IMG/VR virus record: IMGVR_UViG_3300034104_002314
Span: 1 to 62,103 of that record
DNA length: 62,103 bases
Direction: 5' to 3' (one strand)
DNA from: a virus
Lineage: Duplodnaviria > Caudoviricetes
Below are positions 28,201-40,700 of the stretch, in pieces. Within the stretch, counting starts at the first letter, position 1; each line of letters begins with the position of its first letter. Under the pieces are notes generated by a model. That model was given only the letters and a program-made list of their open reading frames with translations, was not told where the DNA came from and made no database searches. Made by a program: the position numbers and the translations under genes.

Positions 28201-31200
28201 CTGGAGACTTTGCAGATTTAGTTGAAAGACACTTTGAGTGGAAAAAACAACTATGGGAAAATAGAAAAGATTACTATAGGGATCAAGTTCAAGCTAGTAT
28301 GAATGCATTTGCAGATAATGCTTTGCTGAATCAGTTAGCTGATGAGAACTTTTATGTAAGCTTGGATGACTTTGCAAGATGGCAAGAGACTGGTCAAGTG
28401 CCTGATGAATTTTTTAATGATCAGAAAAATATAGTTGTAAGAGAAGGTACATCAGAGTATGATAGATTTTCTGCAATATTTGATGCAGCATACCTAGCAA
28501 GACAAGCTGGAGTACTAGATGAGAATCTTAACTATGATGAGGAACTTAAGAAAGAACTTGAAGAACTTGATGCACAAAAGAATGAAGAATTAAATGCTCT
28601 TCCTAAAACAGAAGTGATGACTGAACTTGATCCTGTTGAAGCTAGTAAGGGTTCTAAAGTTACCGCTAAAGATATAGAAGATCAAGTACAAAACACTGAG
28701 TATATAGATATCACATTCAAAACAAAAGAAGGTAAAGATGAGATCACTCTATATAGAACAGAAGATGGTGATTTTATTAATGAGGTTACAGGTGATGTTG
28801 TTGATCTTGTTGCAATGAAGTTAGATATTCTTGAGAATAAAAGATATAGAAATGATCTCCAACCAGATCCAACACAAGCTCAAGAAATTGAGAATGTTTA
28901 CAAGAATAAAAAGGCTGATATTATAAACAAGTATGCTGAGAAAAAGGCTGTACAAGCTGAGGAAGAAGAAACATCTGTTGAAAAACCTGAGGCTAAAAAA
29001 GCTGAACCAGTTACTTATAGTGCTACTGATGATTTTAGTAGTTTAGATAAAACTTTACAAGATCAATTACAAGAAGCTTTTGTTAAAAATGTTCCAGAGG
29101 CAGAAGAGTTTGATGATGAACAGTTCTTTAATGAGCTCAGAGCATTTACTAGAACTAGTGGTATTGCTAGAAGAATAATTGATGAATACAATAAAAAATC
29201 TAAACTTACTGCAGCTACTGAAGTAACAGGAGTTCCAGAAAAACTAGTAATAAAGTTATCTGGTAAAGAAGTAGATCTTACTGATCAACCGGAGTCTGTA
29301 ATTAAAAAGAACAGACAGTTACTTATGATGCAGATTAATAATATGCAGAATAAGGATAAGAGAACACCTGATGAAAACTTGATGCTAGCAGAAGCTAAGG
29401 CTGATAAAGCTAAGATAGATAGATATCTTAAATCAAGAACTACTCAAGAGATATCAGAAAAAATGCAAGAGACAATCAATAGATTACAACTTGTATTTGA
29501 TGCTCAGTCTAAGTTGGAAAAAATCAATGAGGCATATTATGTAGATAATCAGTTAATGAAAAGAGTTACCCGGGCAATTGAAGAGCTTGGTGTAACTGAG
29601 TATTCTTATTCTGATGAAACCAAAGTATTAGCTTCTGTAAATCAGACACTTGTAAAAGGTAAATCTGTAGAAGATTTTATTGCAGATCTAAGAACTAAAA
29701 AACCTAGTGGCTTTAGTGAGTATACTTACAATGAACTAGCTAAAGAACTTAAAGCATTTCTTAATGAAACTTCTGTTAGTAATGAAGCTAGTATAAAAGC
29801 TAAGAAAGCTGATATAGAAAAAGAAAGAGAAGAAAAAGTAAATGAGTTTCTTAGAAATATAAAAAATAATAGAGGAGAAAAAAGATTTGATGATCCTAAT
29901 CTTCAAGATGAGTTAGAAATTAAACAACATTCTAGAAATGTAGCTAAAGCTTTAGCTGACGGACAAACTATTACTTTTGAGTTTCTTAAAGCTAATTTAG
30001 GAGCAAAATTTACTACAAATAGTTCTAATGTAGTAACAGTTACTACAAATAGAGGTACGGGTAATATTGAGCTATCAGAAGAAGGTACCGTTAGATATAT
30101 TGCTATAGATAAAAATAACAATATTACTTATGACTTTGAGGATAGAGGAAAAGAAATAAATCTTAAACAAGCTAGAGCAATAAGTAAAGCAGAAGCAGAT
30201 TATCAAAAAGAATTAAAAAATATCAATGCTAAATATGATGCAGAACTAGCTGCTTTAGAACAACCTGTTGAAGCTAAAATTAATATTCCAAAAGATCAGG
30301 AATTACTTCAACTTAATCTAGATGCACTAAGAGAAGATCTTAAAGTAGAACAAGGTGAGTTTGGTAATCCTGAAAGAGCTCAACAAATAAAAGATCAAAT
30401 TGCTAAGCTTGAAAAACAAATTGTAAAACCATCAGGAAAATCTGCAGAGGATATTAGAAATGAAGTTATGGCAATTGTCAAGGAGAAAACATATGAAGCT
30501 TCTAGGATTGCTGGTAACTATGTGGATAACCAAATCAAAAACATATTTGACCCTAAGATAGGTAAAGCTGTGTTTGATGAGAATAGTATTACTAGGATTG
30601 CGTTTAATAACTTATTTGGTCCAGAAGGTATTGTTACAGATCTTAAAGCCAAGTTTGACAGAAATGAGATTGCAGTATACACTAAAGATATCAGAGTCTT
30701 TGACAAGGATGCAGGTATAGCTGGTGAGATAGATATCATCATAGTAGATAGAGATGGTAATGTGAAGATAGTTGATGTTAAAACAGGTGAGGCTAGTAAA
30801 TGGAATAACTTCCAAGACAAGAAAAAGTTTGGATACCAGAAACAAAAAGACTACATCCTACAGCAAACATCCTATGCTAACTTGTTATTCAACATGACAG
30901 GTCTTAATGCTTCCATAGGTATATTCCCAATTGAAATAACTAAAGATGATGAGACAGGTAAAGTATTAACTGCACAGTCTCCAAAAGTTTCTTCAGGTTT
31001 ACTTCCAGGTGCATATGAAATTCCATTAGATAAGTCTTTATACCAAGCAGAAATTGACTCTATTATACCTAGAAAAGGTGTGGCCGTTGATTCTAAAGAA
31101 TCTGCAGAGGCTGCTAATCTTGAAAGTATTCCAAGACAAGATGGTGATGATGCTCCTTCACCAGCAGTTAAAGCTCAAGAGACTCTTGAAGAAAAACCTA

Positions 31201-31796
31201 TTGGTGTTGGAAAAGGTAATGCTGATCTGGCTGCACAACTTGCAATGAAGATCAGACTTGCTAAATCTAAAGATTCTATTAAAGCAGCACAAGCTAGCTT
31301 AAATAAAGCTGTTAACAAACTTAGTGCGGCAGAAGTTGTTGAATTATCTAATCAGTTGCAGGAAAAACTTGATTCATTATCTGAAGGAATTTTACAATTA
31401 AATAAAGAAAATCTTAAAGAAAATGACAAACTTATTGTAAAAAACCCTATATTTATAAAAGGGGCTAAGTGGGCTATTTTTGGAAACACTCTAGTCATAA
31501 CTGATGTAAGTGACACAGGAGTTACTGTAAGAAAAGCTAGAGGTAAAAAGACAGAAACCCTTACATTTGCACAAGTAAATGCATTAACAACTTTAAAAGA
31601 TAGTCTTGAAGACATGAAACCTACAACAGAAAAACCTTTAACTAAAAAAGAACAAGATATAGTTGCTAAGTCTAAAGCAAACATTGATGACTTTGTAAAA
31701 GACTTTAATAGATTAGATGCTATTGAAGCTGAGGCAGACTCAATGAGTATTGAAGACTTAGAAGAAAGATTATTTAACCAAAATATTTGTGAGTAA
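25260..31796 (+). CDS. Giant virion protein with C-proximal PD-(D/E)xK nuclease domain
   Basis: 2178 aa; Gly/Ala-rich hydrophobic helices in the N-terminal part; GIAGEIDIIIVD...KIVDVKTG...Q.SY RecB-like motif at about 30714-30900. Confidence 0.8.
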   Translation: MAEQDIPFNPLDPLGPEYGRGDLPTLDTQGISPFEGDRIEQPKINFPKDESPKYFPILPSTGGTIPQKQVIKKTIGQPPGPAGPPRGTSSRDILMSLSARSKANMSSNQSKGTYGGTYNYNAGASGNAYYNRYHAYGQEKFDRIGFSPLQDNEAVFNGQTSKWDDFSRMMTHSFMPLFGNAFVSGPKSMVKMLQGDFTSVDAEGAKLYEEAAAIGQSTKGGLFGFFNNTAMSSAYTAGIISEVILEELAAAAFTGITGGVGGGALVATTAKNASRIPGIFKTLRGFDKAVDGTKAIRATMDTLNDINNTRSYWNKFKSAVNTPLGKFINPLDNTVDAIESIVRNEDNLTGLARTLYGVNKTAGGLYRDVRGLNMALSEARLEGGFVQNEVYDKLYSDFYQDNQRRPTNEEQRLLYKQAKEAGVEALGWNAAIIHASNKIMFPNILGPRGGINSFIKAKTRDILDLKAGKIIFENAGKKAAKEAVKGMKGSFRYVENSLMNSIKGIAKDPVKAIPKVLGYAKANFSEGIQENLQEVISETTKNYYVDSFKDPSLANYNYARSLFNTSLRGQFSAKGFETFASGFVMGMFGAPLNHVVPLLSYGKARLFNNEKYQEYVSAKQKVGTQMVNHLNELGADPSEFFNSKITNLAVQNKAGHIIKNGNTKEVNDAKSESFINQLTTAFETNTLDFFKDHLSSFKQYTPEEFEEALGLEKGTGAEYQARIDDILKHADNMQTTYKNLNQKYPDQINLDDYKKGSDDYNRAAIYKSALAEGKRNAVFFKHTYDDTMSRMYDISNTLLAEKPLKNMSASEMQAIFEPSRMKSEMEMMRYEIETLRQSGKAEDSAKADKIEGKIGAMENFLKALNYRSKHYAADPSKIKSDFIDTLTDEQKEQINEEELDALLDRELEAQNMVRRSDESDLKVDNLFERAYKDYLKAVAGVTDDTYFDEAADSAFEKILDYYNLEKESRDMAKYVNLLNNPGDFADLVERHFEWKKQLWENRKDYYRDQVQASMNAFADNALLNQLADENFYVSLDDFARWQETGQVPDEFFNDQKNIVVREGTSEYDRFSAIFDAAYLARQAGVLDENLNYDEELKKELEELDAQKNEELNALPKTEVMTELDPVEASKGSKVTAKDIEDQVQNTEYIDITFKTKEGKDEITLYRTEDGDFINEVTGDVVDLVAMKLDILENKRYRNDLQPDPTQAQEIENVYKNKKADIINKYAEKKAVQAEEEETSVEKPEAKKAEPVTYSATDDFSSLDKTLQDQLQEAFVKNVPEAEEFDDEQFFNELRAFTRTSGIARRIIDEYNKKSKLTAATEVTGVPEKLVIKLSGKEVDLTDQPESVIKKNRQLLMMQINNMQNKDKRTPDENLMLAEAKADKAKIDRYLKSRTTQEISEKMQETINRLQLVFDAQSKLEKINEAYYVDNQLMKRVTRAIEELGVTEYSYSDETKVLASVNQTLVKGKSVEDFIADLRTKKPSGFSEYTYNELAKELKAFLNETSVSNEASIKAKKADIEKEREEKVNEFLRNIKNNRGEKRFDDPNLQDELEIKQHSRNVAKALADGQTITFEFLKANLGAKFTTNSSNVVTVTTNRGTGNIELSEEGTVRYIAIDKNNNITYDFEDRGKEINLKQARAISKAEADYQKELKNINAKYDAELAALEQPVEAKINIPKDQELLQLNLDALREDLKVEQGEFGNPERAQQIKDQIAKLEKQIVKPSGKSAEDIRNEVMAIVKEKTYEASRIAGNYVDNQIKNIFDPKIGKAVFDENSITRIAFNNLFGPEGIVTDLKAKFDRNEIAVYTKDIRVFDKDAGIAGEIDIIIVDRDGNVKIVDVKTGEASKWNNFQDKKKFGYQKQKDYILQQTSYANLLFNMTGLNASIGIFPIEITKDDETGKVLTAQSPKVSSGLLPGAYEIPLDKSLYQAEIDSIIPRKGVAVDSKESAEAANLESIPRQDGDDAPSPAVKAQETLEEKPIGVGKGNADLAAQLAMKIRLAKSKDSIKAAQASLNKAVNKLSAAEVVELSNQLQEKLDSLSEGILQLNKENLKENDKLIVKNPIFIKGAKWAIFGNTLVITDVSDTGVTVRKARGKKTETLTFAQVNALTTLKDSLEDMKPTTEKPLTKKEQDIVAKSKANIDDFVKDFNRLDAIEAEADSMSIEDLEERLFNQNICE

Positions 31797-34700
31797 TGGC
31801 TATTACATGTACACTGGGAAACCAGCAGTTGGAGGTATTATATGCTGTAGTTTATAAAAACATGCAAAATGTTCCAGAGGGAACACCATTTGATGTTAGA
31901 ACTTTAATGTCTAGACTATATGAGCAACTTAAAGAAAGACAGGGTGAAGGTCCTGCTGTTGAGTATGTTCAAGCAATCCCATATCTTGCTGGTATATTAA
32001 GTTATAGACTAGATGATGTTGAGATAAGTCCAGAGACTGATCTTAGAAATCTAGCTAGAACCTTGATGAACCCAGAGACAGGCTATGCAGAAACTCTTAA
32101 ACTTGTTGGTGGAGGTCTAACACCAGAACAACTTAGTATTATAGCTGAGGCAGAAGAAGAGGTTAGTGAAGATGAAGAACCTGCACCGGTTAAACCAAGA
32201 CCAGAGTTTAAAGATACTAATGACTATAAAGCAGATGATGCTTTTACTTCTACATTTGAAGAGTATCTTACAGTAAACCCTAATGAAAAACCTGAAAGCT
32301 TTGCAGAACAAATAGATCCAGATAAATCATATATCTATGCTACTCTTAGAAAGATAAATGATGAAATGAAAAGAGATCTAGATAGAGATCTTAATACTGA
32401 TTTTGTTTTCCAGGGTAAAACTTTGAAACTAAAAACAATATTATTATCTAAGCTTTCAGTAAATGATAGAACTGAATATAGTAACAACTTTGTTAAAAGA
32501 GCTAATAGTATTCAAAATCCGGATCCTAAAGTAAAAAAACCAAATGAGATTGTTGCTTTAGTAGTTACTGATGAGAAAGGAAACTATATTTACTTTGATA
32601 ATAATGGTAATGTATCCACTAAAGAAAAAGGTGGTAGAGTAGTTTACCAAATGATGCGTGATGCTAGAAAAGAAGGTAACAAATATAGAGTTACTGATAT
32701 CTATGGTAGAACAGATCAAATTCAAACTCCTGAACAGATTGCTGAGAACATGATGAACTTCATGGGTTATAAAGACAAAGCTGCATTTGAAGAGGGTGAA
32801 AAAATTTCATTTACAGACTTTGTAAAAGATCTTGCTGAAGAACAACAAAAACAATTCAAAGCTCTATATGAGTTAAGAAACTCTATTGTAGAAGGAGGTA
32901 AATCAAAGTTACTTAGATTAAGTAGTATCTCAAGTGGTGTTAGAATCAAAACAGATCCTAACCAAAAAGTAACCTTGCAAAACCTTGCTGGACAATTTCC
33001 TATGAATAGTAATGAGATATTAAGCAGTATGCTTGTACTCAATACTCCGTCAAAAGGATTTGAAGCTGGTGCTGCAGTAGTTAACATTGAAGGTGAAACT
33101 TATAAGGTAGATAGATCAGATATAACAGAAGACTTGGCAAGAAAGATAGCTAAAGCTCTTACGTCTAGCTTATCTGATGAAGATAAAAATAAATACTATT
33201 CTCAGTTCTTTATAGACAAAGGTTTCTTTGGTACTAAAAGACACTATGCGGCATTTAAAAAAGGGCAGTTCTTGTTTACATATGACACATATACTGAACA
33301 AGAAATGAAATTAGATAAAGCCAAAGCTCAGTCTAATCAAAGAAATGCAATTGATCTAAAATCACCTACAGCTGAAGAAGATATCTATAAAATACTTATG
33401 TCAGGTAAATCTAGTACTAGTGGTACAAGGTTTCCGGCCAAGATCAGATATGATGATACAGCACTAGATCAAGAAGTATATCTTGACTTTCAAGATGGCA
33501 AACTGGTGCCTGCTAACTACTTAGATTTTTTAACTACTCTTCCTGCTCAGATATTTATAAATGGTGCTAAGGTTGTACCTTTTTATAACTCATATATGAG
33601 ATTTAGAGTTCCAACAGAACTTAGTGAAAAGATTGATACTGCTGCTGAAAAAGTTAAAGAGAATGCTGAAAAGAAATCCGCTATAAGAACTAACAAAGAT
33701 GCTCTTGCTGATGCTATCAAAGCTTCATCTACAAAAAGCATAATTACCACAACTATGGGTATGACTGCTTCAGGTATTACACCTGACGGAAAACCTTATG
33801 CTAATTTTAAAATTGCTAATCCTATCAAAGAAGGTCAAGCTGTTAAGATATATCTAGAGCAGAAACAGGAGTCTGAGAACTTTAAATTTCCAAAGCATGG
33901 GCAGAAAGTTCTTCTTGAAGTTGCTACTATAACTGTAGATAATAAAGTTATACCAGATGTAGTACAAGTATTTGATTATACAGGAGATAAGAAGGGTGTA
34001 TTACTTGGGCAAGCAGCTGAGACTGACTATGCAAATGATGAGGCTGAAAGAGATTACACTGCAGAACCAGGAGATATAGTTGAAGAAAAAGTAGAACCAA
34101 AAACTTCAGTTGAGGAACAAATTAATAAAGTAATAAACAACCCTAATGTTTCTCAACCTTCAGATAAAGGTAGCGGTATTAGTGGTTTATTTAGTCTTGA
34201 TAGAAAGACTGCTTTACCACAAGGTGTTACAGCTAAAAAAATAGATGATGATAAAAAATGGTGGAGTAAATCCCCACTAAATAAATTTATTGAGTTAGAT
34301 CACTTAGCAAACATAGTAAACTCTGATGCCTATGCTAGATTTATAGTTGACGGTAATACTCTTGCTAATGGAGGCAAACTAGCTAGGATAGAATTATACA
34401 AGTCAGGTTCATTTGCTGATGTATATCATGAAGCATGGCATGGATTCTCTCAGTTATATTTAACCAGAGATGAAAAGATTAAGCTCTATAATGAAGTTAT
34501 TGCTAATGATCCTAAGTTAAAGAATGCTTCCTTCTTTGAGATAGAAGAGAAACTTGCAGAAGACTTTAGAACATATGCACTAAACCAAAAAACTAAGAAA
34601 GGGTCTCCAGTTAGAAATACACTATTTAGAAAAATCTGGAACTTCCTTAAAGAACTATTTGGCATACCTGGAGTACAAGATATGTCTCCTAACCTAGTAG

Positions 34701-37700
34701 AACAGAATAATACAGTTACTGAACTGTTTAACAAGCTCTACATGGCTAGTGAGAACCCAAGTTTATTAAATAGCTATACTCCACTTGTAGATAATGTAAT
34801 GTTTGATATACTTAATAGAGGTATCAATAATGTCAATCAACCTAAGGAGGATTCATTAAACAAACAAGATGCAGTAGTAGTTTCTGAGTCTATAGATTCT
34901 GTCATATCAGAAGTAGTTGATGAGGTAAATAATGACCCATCCAATAACTATGGTAAATCTGCTACTCTAAAGCTCCTAACTAAATCTCAGAATAAAGTCC
35001 AGTTATATCAGCTTGTAAGACAAAGATTTCAAGAAAGACTTAAAAACATACAAGATAGTTTAACATATAAACCAGAAAAACCTTTTAATAGTTTCCAAGA
35101 TGTTGATGCATTAGAAAAAAATGCTGCAGCTATTATTAGAGACAAAGATGGTAATCATCAATATGTGTTCTTAAGATCTCAGATTGATGATTATAATAAC
35201 TTAGAGTTAGATACAAAAGCGGGAACCAGACAGAAGGGTGATTTATATAAAGAAACCATAGAGATAATCTCAGATTTCTATAAGCACAATGCTGTTAATA
35301 ATGCTAACAATGAACCAGCTGATATATTAGTAGTTACTGACATTGAAGAAGCTAGGAACCAATATGATAACTATGTCAAAGGTAAAGATGAAACTATTAC
35401 TGAGTTTGTTGAAAATGAAGATGTAGTAAATACATTACCAGAAGTAACTTATGAGCAAAGTCAGGAACTAGATAATGTAAGGATTCTGCAGACTGCTTTA
35501 AACAACTGGGGTGATCCAACTAGCGGTGTTGTAAAATATCATATTGAGAACAGCAGATTTGATCTTATCAGACAAAAGATTACTGATATAGATTCTGAAA
35601 AAGATGCAACTGGTGATGCAACAGCTAGTGAAAAGTTTGAGAAAAAAGCCGGTGAAATGTCTCTATTAGAGATGGCTGACCAAGAGATAGTTTATATCCT
35701 AAAGAGTTTGTTTAAACAAACTAAGAAAGGTACTAAGTTTGTAACTACTACTAATAAATTAGGCTTCAAAGACCTAGGTAACTTTAGCCAAAACTGGAAG
35801 AATACCGTAAGAACTTTGAATGGTATTACTGATCCAAAGCAAATGTATACTGCAATTGTTGAGGCATCTAAAATATATCCTGAGTTTGAACAGTTATTAA
35901 ATAAGATACCTGACCCATCATTACCTACTACACCTGCAGAGAATGATATTATTACTTCTATGTGGCAAACATTCCAGAAACCTGCAGCTACATTGCTACA
36001 GTTAACCGGATTCAAACAAGATGATGGAAGTATCATAACTGAACTTACAAATGCTGCAGTAGATGTAGCAAATACTATTAGAGAATTTGGTAACAGATTT
36101 AAAGCTGATACTAGAGATGCATACATAGAAAGAATAGATAATCAATCTATGTTAAATGTAACAGCATTGATAAGAAACTTTTCAGATTCTAATGGTAATT
36201 TAGACCCAGATAAAGCTTTTAAGTTTTTAAATGCAATGGGCTTTTATCTTGATGACCTGAAGGTTATAAAGGATGAGCTTAATAGCATACAAGGTGTAAA
36301 AAAATATGGTGTTGATTATATATTCAATACAATAAAAGCTATAAGTTATAGTGAGAATGCTCAAACTGTAAGTAAGGCAGCTGCTGATGTTATCTCTGAG
36401 TTTAAGAAAGATCCTTTAGCTACATTGGTAAAAGGTATTCAGCCTCAAATTATTGGGTCAACATCTAGTTTTGTATATACTAAAGGTTCTAAACAGAAAA
36501 ACTTTGTTGAGAAGATAGCTGGATTACAAGTTAAGTATGGTGTTGATGCTTCTAACTTTACAGCACTTAACCCAGAAAGAAACTTAGTAAACAAACATAT
36601 AGAGCACAGCAGTGCTAGTATGATTATTAATGGTTTTAATCAAGCTACCAAGCTTGAAGACTTCTGGAAAAAAGATGAGTTAAAATATATGAGCTCATTC
36701 AATCCTGCAGTAAATCCTTTTGTTGAAGACTTACAAATTACTAAATCCTTATTTGATTTAAGTAAGCCTGAGAAAGCAAGAAGAACAAGCAGATCTCTTG
36801 ACTTAATACTTGACATGGGTACTCAAATTGCTGAGTTCACTGTTGAAGATGAAGATGGTAATAAAATTACTAAGTCTATTGGTACTAATACTACTGCATT
36901 AGATCAGTATAGTAAATTCCTACAAGAGTTTCATACGTTCTTTAAAGGAGGTTTGCAAGAGTTCCTAAGAGCTGGATCTAAGTCTACTTCTATGGCTTTG
37001 AGAATAGAGGGTGGTATTATGTCTGAGATTGGTGACAGAAAAGATCCAAGATACTATGTTGATTTAGATAAGTTTCTACCAGAAGGTAATGGTGAATCAT
37101 TTGCATTTGACAATATTATTCTACCTTATATATCTGCAGAGACTGAAAGAATCAACAGATTTAAGAACTCTTCTATAGCCAAAAACTATACTGGGTATAA
37201 CAGGGAGTTTAAGAATGGTAAAATGTATGGAGAGTCATATGTATATTTTGATTCCATACTTGATAAAGATTTACAAGATGATATTTTAGCTGTGGTTAAT
37301 AAACCTGGTATGAAGTTAAAGGACTATGTTAAAAATGATCCTAAACTTTATGACAGAATAAAACAAAGAGTAAATAAATACTTCAATAATGGTGCGGAAG
37401 AAGTTTATCAATACTTACAGAAAGCTAAGTATATAGATAAAACTGTCATAGATAGATTAAATATACCTACTGTATCTACAGCGGACAGAGAAAGAATACT
37501 TGCTAAAGCTTATATGTATAATGCATGGATTCATAACTTTGAAGTTTCTCAAGTTATCTTTGGAGATATTGCACAATTCAATCATAAGAAAGAGGAGTTT
37601 CATAAAAGAACTTCAGGAGCTATTTCCGGTGGTCCAAAAATTAGAACTGACAAAGCATTTAGAGATTTCATAAATGATGTCAACAGTAAAGAAACTGGAT

Positions 37701-40700
37701 TTACATGGGATAGAAATGCTTATGCTAAAACTCTAGGTAGTCCTGACTATATTAAGTTTACTTACAATGGTACTGTTAATACTGCTATTATGCAAGATGC
37801 AGATAGAGATAGTATTTATAAACCAATGATTGAAAAAGCTATCAGAGAGGATTATGAAAAAAGATATGCTGGTAAACCTAATGCTGCAGAGGAAGTAGAG
37901 AAAAGGGTTAAGATTGAAGCTGATAAGTACTTGAAAATGACTGAGGCTGATGGTCAAGGTTATATTACAATTGATGCATACCGTACACTTAAGAAGGGTA
38001 TGAATAAGTGGAGTGATCAGCAAGAAGCCCTTTATCAAAAAGTAGTATCTGGTCAAGAAATCACAGCAGCAGATGTTGTAAATTTTTTCCCAGTATTCAA
38101 GTTACAGAACTATGGTAACTTGGCAGGTACAGTGTTGCCAGTAACAGCAATGCATAAGTTTGCTCTTATGCCTTTAATACCATCTGTAATTAAAGGATCT
38201 GACTTAGAGACTCTACATCATGAAATGTTGAGAAACAATATTCAGTATGCAACATTTGCCAGTGGATCTAAAGTTGGTGGTGTTACTGCTGACGGGAAAC
38301 CAGATAACATTTTTGCTGACAAAGAGCAAAAGATTATAAAGGATAAGTTAACTCTTACTCCTAATACTGTATATGTAGAGTATCTTAAAGAATCAGCTAG
38401 TGTTCCAGATTATTCTAAAGGTAAAGTTGTATTCTCTACTCAGTTGAGAAAGCTATTACTTAATGGTTTGTACCAAGATGGTAAGATTATAAATACTGAG
38501 TATGAACCTGTTGCTAACAGATATAAGACCGCAGTAGATAACTATACTAATCTATTAAAGCTTGAGCTCCTTGATGAGATCAACTTTAAGAAAGTGGGTG
38601 ATACTTATAAAGGTAACATTGAAAACTTACTTAAATTAATCCAAAGAGAGCTAAGAAGAAAAGACATGCCTGAGCATTTAGTTGAGGCTATTGGTCTTAA
38701 TGAAGATGGTACCTTAAAGAATGACTTGTCAATACATCTTGATGCCCAGACAATTGAGAAGACCATAATGTCAATTGTAGAGAAAAGATTTGTTAAGCAA
38801 AAACTTTATGGTGAAGCACTAGTTCAAGTATCAAGCACACTTACTAGAGGTATGTGGTCTAGTGGTATTAAGTTTACTGAAGGTACTGAAGCTGAGAGAG
38901 AAAAATTACTAGGTAGTAATACTCTTCCTTTCTATGAGCCCGGAAAAGATGGTAATACAAATGCCATGAAAGTTTCCATTGGTCTTCAAGGTGAGTTCAA
39001 TAACTTACTTAATAAAGAATGGAAGGGTGAGAAGATAGGTACTATCCAAAGACTTAATGAACTTATCAAAGATGAAGAGTGGCTTAATACTGATGATAAC
39101 AGAAAGTCAATTACATTAAGTGCTGTTAGGATTCCAGTTCAGGGTCTTAACTCTATGGAGTTTATGGAAGTTTATCACTTCATGGATCCTAGTGCTGATA
39201 ACATGATCTTTGTTCCATCTGAACTTGTTGCTAAGTCTGGTGGTGACTTTGACGTTGATAAGTTAACTACATTCTTTCCACACATAGCTTCTGATGGTAC
39301 GTATGTTACTAGTAAAGAAAGCACTGGAGACTTTATCAATAAGATAAATACAGAAAGAGAAAAGACCAATAAAAGTTTTGCTGGTCAGATTAAAGCACAG
39401 AAGAAAGCTGCAGAGAATGAGTTACTTGAGTCAATTAAAGGGGTACTTGAGTTACCAGATAACTACGTAAACCTTGTGAGACCAAATGATACATATATCT
39501 TACAGGATATTTCTGAAGAACTTGAGAACATAGTAAGTGACTATAATAGATTTGTAGGTGGTGATAAAGATGCAAAACAAATTACTCCATCAATTACACT
39601 TCATCCACTATACAATGTACATAAGCATGGTGTAAACATGGAAGGTAAAGATGTACTTGGTATTGCAGCTAATGAAAATGCTATTAGTCCAGTCTTTGAT
39701 TCTGTTGGTGCGGCAATGCCTGCAAGTTATTATCAAACTCAATTTAGTAAAAAACTAGGAAGGGATATTGAACTTAAATCTGCTCCTAAGTTAGCAATGA
39801 GATTGTTTTTACCACATAATAAAACAGATGATGGTAGAATATCACTTTCAAAAATCTATGATGTTGAAGGGGTGAACAGTGTGGCTGAATTATTTTCACA
39901 AGCTATTAATGGTACTGTGGATGTTGAGAAAAATCCGTGGATATTCTTTATTCAAGGTAACATGGAAGTTGCTACAACACTGTTCTATTTATTTAAAGCA
40001 GGGGTTCCAGTAAGAGATGCTATCTTCTTTGTTTCCAATCCTTTAGTTAGAGATTATGTTAACAATCAGAAAAGGTTAAAAAGTGCTTATGGTGAGTTTA
40101 CTGGAGATGCTCCAAAAAGTCCAAACTTTGTTAAGTATAACTCAGCTGTTTTAACACTAAGTAATATCATACCTGATATGATTGAGAATGGTCTAAAAGA
40201 TTATAATGGTGAAATGTTTATTACCACTCAGTCAAGATATGAAAAACCTCAAGTACAAAGAATAACAACTGAAGTATTTAAAGAGGAACTAAGAAAAGGT
40301 AATATACCTGTAGATGATATAATGACTCTTGAAAAAGTTAAGGGCAGTCCACTCACAAAAATACTTTATACCAAACCTCAAATTACAGGAAAGACTTATT
40401 TTAAGACTGTAACTAACTATGTAAACAAACCAAATGTTCTTAAAAATGGAACATTTAGTTTAGCTGACATGGAGAAACTGGTAAAAGAACCTGGTCAAGA
40501 AAGCTCTAACTTAGCTGTGTCCATGTTCCTACATTTTCTGGAAATAGAAAAACAACTTAAGGGTCTTGGTGCTCTCAAGAGAAGTTCAAAACCGGATACT
40601 CAGACATTTAAAAGCCCACAAGAAATTTTATATAGAGATGTAAATATTGATCTTCTTACTGAAAATTCCAAAGTGGATAGTAATTTAATGACCTTATTAC

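Noticed and set aside
31790-31800. Programmed frameshift fusing the 2178-aa and 3549-aa genes
   Set aside because: The TAATG overlap is ordinary translational coupling seen at several junctions, and there is no slippery heptamer.
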